A stretch of 64,000 bases of DNA from Mobula hypostoma (Eukaryota), in NCBI RefSeq assembly GCF_963921235.1, contig NC_086108.1, positions 39,310,001-39,374,000 on the forward strand, read 5' to 3'. The position numbers and the translations under genes are program-made. This document shows, in pieces, positions 50,596-62,199 of this stretch. The first letter of the stretch is position 1; the number at the start of each line of letters is the position of its first letter. Below the pieces are notes generated by a model. It saw only the letters and a list, made by a program, of their open reading frames with translations, made no database searches and was not told where the DNA came from.

Positions 50596-53500
50596 CTGTG
50601 GTACATCGAATACATGTACATCGGGTGAACATGTAGTCTTTGGAGTATTGCAAGTCTGTGTCTTTGCTGTTGCCTTGCTCACGCTTGAGTGCTTGGTGGC
50701 GGGTGCCGATGCTTTTGTTTTGCTGGTGGGGGGAGGGGGGATTGTTGCTTGCTGCTGCTTATGCACGGGAGGGAGGGGAGCTGGGGAATCTATGGGGTTC
50801 TGACATTTAACTGTTGTTCATTCTTTGGGGGCACTCCTCTGTTTTTGTGGATGCTTGCAAAGAAAAAGCATTTCAGGATGTAAATTGTATATATTTCTCT
50901 GACATTAAATGTACCTTGTATGCTGGGCAAATTCCCAGACTCACCAAGCCCACATTCTCCATCACAGTCACAAAACGTGGGGTCGAGCACCACATTTCCA
51001 AAACTGGCCCGCCAGTCCATGCCTGCACTGAACCCAGAAAAGCTGGCAACCACAAAGGCTGAGTTTGCCACACTGGAAAGACTTGGCATTGTATTCTGGT
51101 TGAATAGCCCCTAGGTTTCACTCCTCCATGTGGTCCCTAAATCCAATAGTGATTGCCGCCCATGTGGCGATTATCAATGCTTTAACAAGGTCACCACCCC
51201 CAATTGTTACCTGGTCCCACACATCCAAGACTTTTTGGCACTTTTATACAGAAAGTCAGTATTTTCCAAGTTGATGTAATTAGGGGCTACCATCAGCTGC
51301 CTGTGTGCGAAGAGGATATTCCCTAAGTGACTGTGATAATCCCATTTGGCCTCTGAGTTTCTGCACATGCTGTTTGGACTGAAAAATGCAGCACAGACTT
51401 CCCAACAGTTGATAGACTGTATATTAAAAGACTTAATTTTCTTTTTGTTTACTAGATGACAAACAGTACTTGTCACCAGTGTATCCAAATCTGAACAAGT
51501 ACCTCATCTCTGCATAATTTCAGAGTGCTTTAGCCAACACGGGTTTATTATTAACTCTGCTAAATGCCAGTTTGGTTTGTCAACCATTGACTTTCTTAGC
51601 CATCGCACCACCACGGAAGGTTAGAAACTCTTCCCATCAAAAGCAGCTGCTATTATGGATTTCCCACCACCCCACACTACAAATAAACTACAGGAGTTTT
51701 TAGGCAAGGTGAATTTCTATCACTGCTTCATCCCATGAGCTGCTGAACTTGTGCTCCCCCTGTACTGTGCACTTGAGGGCAATAGCTCTAATCAAGTGCT
51801 TGACTGGTGAGGGGACATGACCAGGGCATTTGATGATACCAAACAAGCTCTTTCCAACGTGACCCTACTGGCACACCCACTCCCAAGCACACCCATAGCC
51901 ATTACTACTGACGCTTCAGTCTATGCTGTATATACTGAGCACAAACTGTTGGTTGGAGGCGTGTGGTACCCACTTGTCTTCTTCAGACGGTAGATCTGTT
52001 CCCCCCAAAAGGAAATGCAGCATGTTTTATCATGAGCTTTTCTGTAGTATCTGGCTAACCACCTTTTTCGTTTCCTTCTAGAGGGTTGACATTTCACAGG
52101 GTTCATTGACCACAAACCCCTTGTGCATGCGATGGCCAAATGATCATACCCTTGGTCTGCACTGCAGCAATGCCACCTGGTCACAACTGATATACAACAT
52201 AACAGGGGGAAAAGTAATTCAGCTGTGGCCAAACACATAGGGGTTGATCATGCCAATATGGCAGCTGACCAAGCTACTGACACAGAGGTCCAGGCTTATT
52301 AAACAGCAGTCACAGGCCTGCTGTTGGCTGACATTAAGTCCAGTGAAGCTGGGGTTTCTCTCCTACACAATGTCTCAACTGGTCGCCCTCGACTCGCATA
52401 GCCCACAAACTGGAGGTGGACTCTTTTTTAACTCCATTCATAGCCTCATGCACCCGGGCTGGAAGGCCTCACAGAAATTGGTTGCACTAAAGTTTGTGTG
52501 GCACAGCCTCAGAAAGAATGTGCATGTTTGGACTGCAGTCTGTCTGGAGTGCCAGCGGGCAGAAATGTCCAGGCACCATTTTGAAGACCGTGAGCGACAG
52601 TTTAACCATGTCAACATGGACCTGGTTGGCCTTCTTCCCCCCTCATGTGGTTTCATGCACCTCCATTCTATGGTGGACCATACCACCAAGTGGCCAGAGG
52701 TCGTCCCACTGCCACTGACAATGGCCGCAGATGTGGCTCAGGTGTTCATCAGCATCTGGGTTCCTCGGTTTGGCACCCCATCTGATATTTCCTCTGACCC
52801 TGGTCCTCAATTTATATCAGATTTCTGGGCTGCGATGGCCCAGAACTTCAGCGTTAGGCTACATCACAACACAGCATATCACCCAGAGTCTAACGGCCAA
52901 TGTGAGCGGTTTCACCACTCCTTAAAGGCTGCTCTGAGGACTTCCCTGGCAAATGAGTGTTGGTATGATCATCTCCCATGGATCCTGCTGGGGCTCAGAA
53001 CTTCTCCAAAAGAGGACCTGCCGTTGTCCATGGCTGGATTGGTAAACAGGCAGCCATTACAAGTGCCAGGTAATTTTATTCCTGACATTACACCGCCTAG
53101 TCAGCCTCTCAACAGCATTCCACCCTGCTCAGGAATTGAATTTACTGAATTAAATTCAATTCCTTTCCACGTATTTCCACCTCCCATCGTGATGTACGGC
53201 ACTGTTGGATTCCTGCTGACCTACATTCTACCTCGTTTGTTTTCATCTGCCACGATGCGCCAGCAACCCCTGAGGCCCCCTTACAGTGGCCCATTCCACA
53301 TTTTGGAACAGGGAGAAGAGACTTTTATCATAATTAATAGGGGTAAACCTGAATGTGTTTCAGTAGATCACCTTAAACCGGCCCTCCAAGATTAGAGGAT
53401 TCCACTACCATGCCCATAGCATCGTGCCATGACCACATGGACAAGCCAGAGGCCCCTGCTGTTCCTCCACCCGTGGAACATCAGATCCGAGCCAGGCAGC

Positions 53501-53728
53501 GCGTCCGATCTCTGGACAGGCTCACAATGCCAGTTTTCGTGAATTCTTGGGGGTGGGAGGGTGGAAGCTGTGTAATTGGTGGAAGCGGACACAATTCACA
53601 ACCACCGACATTGAGTTGGGGAGATCTGTTACCGTGCTTTTTGTTCAGTGTTTGGAGTAAAACAAGCAAATTGTTATGGTTTTTCTTAAACATAAAATGC
53701 CTCACACCATTTTTTGTGAAATCCTACA
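48754..53728 (+). mobile_element. Decayed full-length Gypsy LTR retrotransposon (CsRn1-like)
   Basis: LTRs 48754-48950 and 53571-53728 (TGTAA...CTACA); PBS tggtgaccc; PPT ggggtgggaggg; gag FVQAEAHF; integrase SDPGPQF and TAYHPESNGQCERFHHSLK; GPF/Y motif PYSGPF. Confidence 0.92.
50081..50918 (+). mobile_element. Non-autonomous retroelement nested in Gypsy pol, with an internal (GA)n
   Basis: Interrupts pol just before LGKFPD; 3' end aagcatttcaggatg...gacattaaa resembles LINE tails; (GA)n at ~50556-50592. Confidence 0.55.
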
Positions 53729-54294
53729 GAAGTATGTCAATATTGTACTCAAGAGCTTTTAAAGAATCAGAACAAACAAGTGACCTGAATTGGTAGAACA
53801 GAATCAGTTTCTATACAGCTTCAGGTGGTGACCACTCGGGTCTATTGGATTGCAGTTACTCCTACCTGTTTTAAAATTTCGAAGTGCGCATTTGATACAT
53901 GAAGCCATTAATCGTATCAGAAGTGTCCAGCAATCTAGTTGTGAGCTAATCAAAGGTAGAAAGTGTTTCATGAGATATATTTGTTATATTCTCTTACATT
54001 GCAGTAGACCATTAAGTCCATCCATCAAGTGTTTGCTTGTTGTCTGAACAATCCCATTCCACCACTCTTTTCCTGTAACATATTCTCTCTCACATTCCTG
54101 TCAGTTAGATGAGCACTTTATTTTGCTAAGCCACAGATGAAGTGCTAGTAAATGGAATGAATGTATTTTAGTTATTACGAACATAGCAGGCCAAAGGACA
54201 TTTAGACAAAATCTGCTGTGTGAATCTCTGGTTCCATCAGATTCTCCCACTGGTTACCTACAACAGGGTAATTTACAGCAACCAGTTTATCATT

Positions 54295-55954
54295 AGACCA
54301 TAAGGCATTCAAGCAGAATTAGGCCCATCGAGCCTGCTCTGAAATTCTATCATGGCTGATCCATCATCCCTTGCAACCCCATTTTCCTGCCTTCTACCTG
54401 TAACCTTTGATTCCCTGATTAATCAAGAACCTATCAACTTCCACCTTAAATACACACAGTCACTTGGCCTGCACAGCTATCTGTGGCAATTAATTCAACA
54501 GATTCACTGTCTGCTGACTGAAGAAATTCCTCCTCATCTTTGTTCTACATCGATATCTCTCAATCCTGAGGCTGTGTCCTCTGTTCCTGGACTCCCCCAC
54601 TCTAGGAAACAAACTCTCCAAATCTACTTTCTCCAGAACTTTCAATATTCAATAGGTTTCAATGTGATCCCCCAACATTCTTCTAAACTCCAGTGAGTAC
54701 AGGCCCAAAGCCACCAAACTCTACTCATATGTTAACCCTTTCATTCCTGGGATCATTCCTGTGAACCTACACTGGACTGTCTCCAATGCCAGCTCATCTT
54801 TCCTCTGATAAGGAGCCCAAAACTGCTCACAATATTCTAAGTGTGGTCTGAACAATGCCTTTTAAAGCCTAAGCTTTAGATCCTTGCTTTTGTATAGCAG
54901 TCCCCTCGAAATGAATGCTAACATTGTATTTGCCTTCCTTCTCACTGACTCAACCTGAAAGTTAACCTTTAGGAAGTCTTGCGGGAGGACTTCCAAGTCC
55001 CTTTGCACCTATGATTTTTTTGAATTTTCTCCCCATTTAGAAAATAGTCTATGCCTTGTCACATACCCCGTGACGGGTTAAAGAACGAGCAGAGATGGAA
55101 AACACTTTGGAGTCCGGTATTGCTGTTAACTAATAATATTTATTAGTAACTACGCAATACAGTAATATAAATGCAGATAAATTGAACAGATTAGTAATGA
55201 TTATATATCAGTAAGTATATCAGTAAGTGTGGAAATATATGAAAACCAAGCTTCTTCAAGTCTAAGGGTAAATAGATACGATGATGAGTAAAGTTGAGTT
55301 CAGTTCGTGGTATTGAGTTGAGTAGTGATGGAGAGAGAGAGAGGAAGAGATTTGAGTCTTCAGGTGAGCTGTTGCCGTCGATCTTCCCGTTGTCCTCTGA
55401 ATTCCTTTATAAGTCACCGACCATGACCACAACAAAGGGGACCGTTCTTCTGTGGTGGAGTTATCAACTCAGGCGAAGGTTGGACACAAAAATGACTCCC
55501 CACCAGTCACGCCCTTTTCACACTACAAGAGCCACTGATCAATCCACCTAATCGATCCTCCAAAACCCACTTTTTCTGTGGGCACAACAAAGCTCATTCA
55601 GTGTCCAAAATCATGCGTCTCAGGTCTATCATCTGACCTTCTGTTTATCTCCCTGTGCTGAATACCAACTGTCACTCAAACAGTTCCTCCCTTCTCTGTC
55701 TGTAAGAATACAGAAGCTGAAACCAATGTCCTCGTAAAAAGTTAACACGCTGCAGAGAAATCATAACATCGATTGTCCATCAAATAATGCCGCCCTCGGT
55801 CACCATGGCAGCCCACGAGCTGCTTGGTGCCCTCTCTCTCCGAACTCAGCAGAAATCCAAAAGTTAGTCTCAGTTCTTTCTCGTGCCTTAAAGAGACAGT
55901 CCACAGAAAATATGAACCTTAGTGGTTCATAACACCATCTCAAAGCAGTCAGAG

Positions 55955-55985
<31 letters not shown>

Positions 55986-56007
55986 TAAAAACAAGATGTT
56001 GGTGTTC

Positions 56008-56053
<46 letters not shown>

Positions 56054-56390
56054 TTTAAAAGCACAGTTCGCAGGGGTAATCGAGCACAGTTCATAGAGGT
56101 AATTCAGGACCCGTCACAGCCTTTATTCCTTGTGCCAAATTGCATGACCATGCACTTCCCTACATTATATTCCATCTGCCACTTCTTTGCTCATTCTCTA
56201 ATCTGCCTAAATCCTTCTGCAGACACCCTGCTTCCTCAACACTGCCCGCCCCTCCAGTCGTCTTCACATTGTCCACAAAGCCATCAATTCCTTCGTACAA
56301 CCATTGGCAGACAAAGAGAGCAAAAGTGGCACCCCACCATCAGGGGTAGCCCACCAGAAAAAGCTCTCTTTATTCCCACCCTTCGCCTGT
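54295..56390 (-). mobile_element. CR1 LINE fragment split by a solo LTR
   Basis: CR1 sequence aaaatagtctatgcct|ttattcc resumes after the insertion. Confidence 0.85.
55057..56118 (-). mobile_element. Solo LTR (Gypsy-type), 1062 bp
   Basis: TG...CA termini; 4-bp TSD gcct (55053-55056 and 56119-56122); minus-strand AATAAA near 55140; internal (CT)n. Confidence 0.85.
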
Positions 56391-56429
56391 AATACTATGA
56401 ACTCTTATTTTATTACGCAGCCAGAGACC

Positions 56430-57055
56430 ATTCATTTAAGGTGAGAGATGGTAAATTCAAAGGAGATGCATGAGGCAAGTTTTCTTTTTAAATACAGAGA
56501 ATGGTGTGTGTCCGCTGCCATGCGTTGTGATGGAGACAAATAAGATAGAGGTGTTCAAGAGGCAGATGAAAGACTCGTGCAGGAAATGAAAGAAAATGGA
56601 CACTGGGTTGGCAGAAGGGATAAGTTTAGTTGGGTATTGAATGATGAAGGGCCAGTTCCTGTGCTGTGCTGTACTGTTCAATATTAGAAGAGAATGGATA
56701 GAGGTACATAGAGTAATGATATGCTTAAATGGGGTGAGTAGAGAGAAGCTGTTTCCAGTCAGCATTTGTTCCAATAACATTGATTTAGCATGATGAGCAA
56801 AAGATACTGGGAGATGTGAATTCTTCTTTATAAATGCAGACAGTGGTGAAGATATGGAGCTTGCTACCTGCAAGATCAGTAAAAATAGACTAAACACTGC
56901 TTTCAAAAGGGAACTGGATGGGTACTTGAGAAAAATAATTGCTGGGCTATACTATAGGGAGAAACAAACGGACTGAGTTACTACTTCGAAGATCTGGCAC
57001 GGGTCCAATTGGGAAAATGGATTTCTTTTGTGCTTTAATGCTTCTATGATTCTAA
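56430..57055 (+). mobile_element. Two old CR1 3' tails
   Basis: tttaaggtgagagatggtaaattcaaaggagatg and gagagaagctgtttccagt...ttcaaaagggaactggat. Confidence 0.55.
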
Positions 57056-58224
57056 TTCAAGACTCATTCTTTGATTAATAACTGTATTATAAATTCCAAA
57101 TTAACCACACTCAATTTGTCAGATAAACATATAAAATAAGATTTTTAAACAAAAGACTTACAACAAAATACCATGTAAGTAATCTTGGAAATAGGAACAA
57201 TATTCAATTTCATGTTGAATAAATAAGAATATTTTACTGATACTGCAAGACAATGGAAAAATAGAAGTATTATTTCAAAGGTCAGGACTATTTATAAGCT
57301 AATGTATTCCTTGAGGAATGTTAATAAGGTTATTTACAGGGCAATTCACACATAAGCATTATTTAGGTGTGTATGTCTGTTAAATTAAGGTTATTTGTGA
57401 ATGACATTTTACAGGACCTATTATCAAATGAGCCTGGGTAAATGATATAGTCAAACAAAAAATGCTGCCCATAATTCCATGCTAATTGGCATTCTCCCTC
57501 TGAGAGGCCAAAAGGATGAATGCTGTGTAAAATCAAAATATCACCCAAATGCAGTCGGCTATATTTCCTCAGTGACACCAGTGCATCGCTGCAGTTTTGT
57601 GTTCCAGCCGGCCTGAACTACAGTACATGGAAGTAAGAGTGCTTGATCCCGACAGAAGGCGGCAAAAGTGAAAAAGTGGATCATTCCCCTACACAGATAT
57701 GCTTTACCTTGAGTACAAAATTACTAAGACATCAGGAAAACAGCACAAGGATAAAATAAAAATTAATGTGTTTTATTGTTATATCCGGCACGGTAAATTA
57801 ATATGGACAAATTAGTTTTCTGCTGGGGAGGATCAAAATTGGACAAAGTAGCACATTAATGGATTAATCCAACAAAAGAATTGGATTTTTACTTTTACAG
57901 GGCTTCTCAACATGAAACAAAATGACAGACTGAAATTAAAAGTGGAAGAACTAAAGCCAAAAGATTAAAATATGCAATATTAAAATCTAAAATCTTAATA
58001 TGTACTGGTGACACGTTGGCTGCTATTTTAATAGAAGTGTTAACCTATTTAATACAATATTTCAAAGTGATTGAATTAAATTACTCAAGGAGCCAAACAT
58101 CTGATGTATTCAAGAAAAGACTATTGGTATTTTGATCTGAAATATGTGAACAATAATAAAATAGCTTTCAGCATTTCCTTACTACAAAAATACAATTATC
58201 TTTTTGAGGTAATCAGATTCAGTT

Positions 58225-58760
58225 GCATTTATTTATCACAGACACATTGAAAAATAAAGTCAAAGGCATTATCTGATTCAACGACCAACACAACCTAAAG
58301 AATGTGCTGGGTCCAGCCCACGAGTGTCACCACACATTCTGAACCCAGTGTAGCATGCTGCAGAACAATACAAGCAACAATAAAAACAGCATGACAACAA
58401 ACAAAACAACAACAGCAAAACAAGCCCTTTTCCTACCCTCCCACTCACTCACACACACACACACAATGGTGTCCCATCCCAGGACGGGCTGCCCCTGGGG
58501 CACTGACCTCCAGTCCTTGGCCACAGACACTCAGATTCACAGAGAATGGGCTTCCAACCTCCAGTCTCTGACCCAGACTTGAAGACCTCTAGGCATTGGG
58601 CATCTGACCTCGGAACACACTGACCCAGGGGCTTTGATGTTCAGGTCTTGATCTCCAGACATGCCATCTTTGGCTTTGACCTTCAGTATCAACTCCAGGA
58701 CTCATTGACCATGGGACTTTTGAACTCTGGGGGGGGGGGGACTTGATCTCTGGGGTCTAT
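58225..58760 (-). mobile_element. Non-autonomous repeat, same family as 23717-24100
   Basis: Shared caacacaacctaa...gtgtc(a/g)(c/g)cacac...aacagcaaaacaag motifs. Confidence 0.55.
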
Positions 58761-58769
58761 GGAAAGAAA

Positions 58770-61700
58770 ATCCATACACACGAGATCAAGTGGTCTAATG
58801 CTTTGCATATGAGACAAGGCAGCAACTCTTTTAGGTCATGTCTTTCTCTGAATACAACGAATGCCTGACTTAGAGTAATCTTCAACTTCAGGCTTCATTT
58901 GTGGCCAAGGAAAATGATCTCTGTCTTATCCATAAGTTTTGTCGAATCCCAGATAACCTGAGTCATCATGAAGTGACCTCAGTACAATCTTTCTGTAAAC
59001 TCTCAGGCAAAATCAACAGAGAATGTTGAGTTCTGTTTGGAAGAAAAGTAACCCCGTATTAGACTTTGTTCCTCAACTCCAGTATGTCCCATTCTTTCAT
59101 CAATAGGATATAGATTTTGTCTTCTCATCTTTTGAAATTTTTCCCTTGAAAACAGCTGACCAGATTTCACCTATACAAGGGTCATCCTGCTGGGCTACTG
59201 ACAATTCATCAGAGCTCAAGGCAAGCAGATATTTCATATTCGGCATAGTCAGGTTGCAATATGCTTGAGGAGTTGCACGGCTAGAAGCACCAAATAATCG
59301 ACAGCTCTATTATGCCATAGCCTTTGCTCTGTTTTGCTAACTGTGGAAAAACTGGCATATAGCTTCAAAACCTGAGGCAGGAATGTCCCCTCATTCTCGG
59401 TCAGTGATCAGCATCTCATAAGAGTGTCGTGATAACGCATCCATATCAATGTTCTGACTTCTGGGCCTGTACCCAAGGCTAAAATCTGAGACTGATGACA
59501 CTGTCAACCAGTGGTGACCTGTTGGATCCAATTTTGCAGAGGTCAAAGTATAAGTTAGTGGGTTGTTGTCAGTTCTCACCTTAAACCTGGAACCAAATAG
59601 ATAGCCACTGAATTTCTCTACCATTGCCTATTTCAATGCCAGACACTCCAATTTGTCTGCAGAGTAGTTTTGTTCAGATGGCAACAAACTCTGGCTGAAG
59701 AAAGCAACAGGACTCAGCCCTTCACCTTGGTCTTGATGTAAAACGCCACCTAATCCTTCATGGCTTCTGTGTGCAATACGTACAGTAAATGGTGGTTTGC
59801 AAAGGCAAGCATAGGTGCTTTACTCAGTAATTCTTTAAGCGTCTGAAATGCCTCTTCACACTTTGCATCCCGTCTTTCCCTGAAAGGATCCAAAAGGTTA
59901 AGGTAAAACTTGGTTTCTTTTCCCTTTGGTTTTCTTCCTTTCTTCGCTGAGGGGAGATAACCACACAGCAGTTGATTCAAAGGGTGACTCACTTTGGAGT
60001 AGTTCTTCACAATCTCTGGTAGTACCCATGAAATTCAAAGTATGAGTGCAGAGCACTCACAGCTCTAGGCCTTGGCCATGTGATTACTGCCTCTATCTTA
60101 GATGGATCTGTAGCCCCTCCATCCTCAGAGACTATGTGTCCTACATAACTGACTGACATTTTACAGCACTGGCACTTGCCCAGTGACAGTTTTAAACCTC
60201 AGCTTTCAGGCACTCTAACACATTCAGTGGTCTTGTCTCTTGCTCCTCTAGTGTTGTTCCAAACACGATGAGAACATCCAAGTATACAAGTACTTTAAGC
60301 AGGTTCATGGCCCCAGCAGTCTGATCCATCACACACTGGAAGGTAGGCACTGAGTATCCTTTCAAACTGAAAAAAATCCAATGGAATATTTGAATGCTGT
60401 CTTTTTTTAAAATCAGATTCACTCATTGGTATTTGAGAATACCTACTTCTTAGAACCAACACACTGAACCATTGCTTCCACTTAAGCAGGCCAGAGCATC
60501 CTCGATCTGTGAAACTGTATATTGGTCTGGGATTGTACGCCTGTCCAGTGTTCTATAATCAATACACGTTCTTCTTTTCCCATTCTTTTTCCTCACAACC
60601 ACTATAGGTGATGCACAGTGACTCCTCGGCTCAGTGATAATTTTGCAGCTGCATTCCTCTGCTTTGCAATTTCCACTGGTGGGTTGGGTTTTGCAGTGAA
60701 CGTGTCACATTTATCTGCAACATTAGCAGACTTCTACCAAGTCCACGCAGCTTGAATGCTTTTCAACTCATTTCTCAAAAGCTCTACTTCTGTGGCATCA
60801 GAGGTCACTTTAACAACAGAGGTTCCAACTGAAGACATTACTTGGCTCTTCGAAATATTTCACTCCTCAATCATATGCTCCTCTTCTCTATCATCTCTTC
60901 GTAACTCAGTAGATGATGGTGGATCATGCATCTTGATGGTCATTCAAATACATAGAGCAACCATGTCTTGTGACAGTGCACCCTTCATAACTTGCTCCAC
61001 TTTCAAATGATTTATCTCAGACAGTGGAATGCCCCCTTTGGGGCACAAGCAATACAGCAGTTTTCTAACCTGAAAATGTAGGCAGAGAGCTTCTGTCCTT
61101 CCTCTTGGATGTGTTTCTGAACTTCAGCATGAGATCAGCTGAACTTTCAGTAGTGCAAAAAGCAATTTCAAGAGCCTGCATCTAGTTTGCTGACATAGCT
61201 AAGGGATTTTCTGCCTTTAGGAACCGCACTACGTCAATGGCAGGACCCTTTAAACTCTCTACAAGTTACTGCTTCTTTACATTGTCTGAGACCTGCCATT
61301 CATTTAGTTAATGCTCAGCCCAAGCCTCGTATTCTTCTTCTCCATTTGGCGTGGGTTTGACTCCAGTGAACATTCACAGCTTATGGTGACTCTGGATCTC
61401 AGCAGGTACACTTCAGCATTTATCGACCAGTGAAGTGATAGTTCAGAATTGAGATCAACAGCCGAAGGACTTAGTAGATTTTTAACATCAGTCAGAGTTG
61501 TTCCTTCATTCCCCAGTAAGGAGTGCAACTTGAACTGAAAATCTTCACCCTCAACAGCATTCATATCACCTTAATTATGACAAGTATTTTAAATTCTACT
61601 AAAAAACAACACTGGTGTAACACTAACAACAGGAATTCTGCAGATGCTGGAAATTCAAGCAACACACATAAAAGTTGCTGGTGAACACAGGCAGCATCTC

Positions 61701-61920
61701 TAGGAAGAGGTGCAGCCCTGACGAAGGGTCTCGCCTGAAACGTCGACTGCACCTCTTCCTAGGGATGCTGCCTGGCCTGCTGCGTTCACCAGCAACTTTT
61801 ATGTGTGTTACTGGTGTAACACTGGCTTGAACACAAGTAAGCAGGCTATCCAATCATTATACAGCCATAGTCCAGCATTTGATCATGCAAGCTTCCATCA
61901 CAGATGATGCCCCCAAAAAT
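58770..61920 (-). mobile_element. Decayed, internally deleted Gypsy element with a PNMA-like gag
   Basis: RNase H FKVRTDNNPLTY, RT VYLDVLIVFG and TFQCVMD, CEEAFQTLKELLSKAPMLAF; PBS-like tgggggc at ~61909-61915; LTR probably follows to ~62190. Confidence 0.8.
61625..61809. mobile_element. 185-bp hairpin PLE mini-element with an apical hammerhead
   Basis: 14-bp TSD actggtgtaacact (61611-61624 and 61810-61823); inverted arms flank CTGACGA(61718)-agggtctcgcct-GAAAC-GTC. Confidence 0.9.
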
Positions 61921-62199
61921 ATAACCCTCACACTGTAGGCTTGTAATGAGTTGACTATTACTGTGAATACAAACTAACAGCAACATAGTTCTACAATGCA
62001 TGGGAATAACAATGAAAGGGCCATTTCCAATAAATAAACAGGTCTAAGGAAGATATGATTCAGGTAAAGACAAAACAGAAAAGTTTGAATGTTTCTCCAA
62101 ATGGAAAAATAAGACAATTACCTGGATGAAACACACCCATGCAAATTTACCATTCGCCAGGAAGGAATTATATATATCACTCCACAATGTGCACATAAT

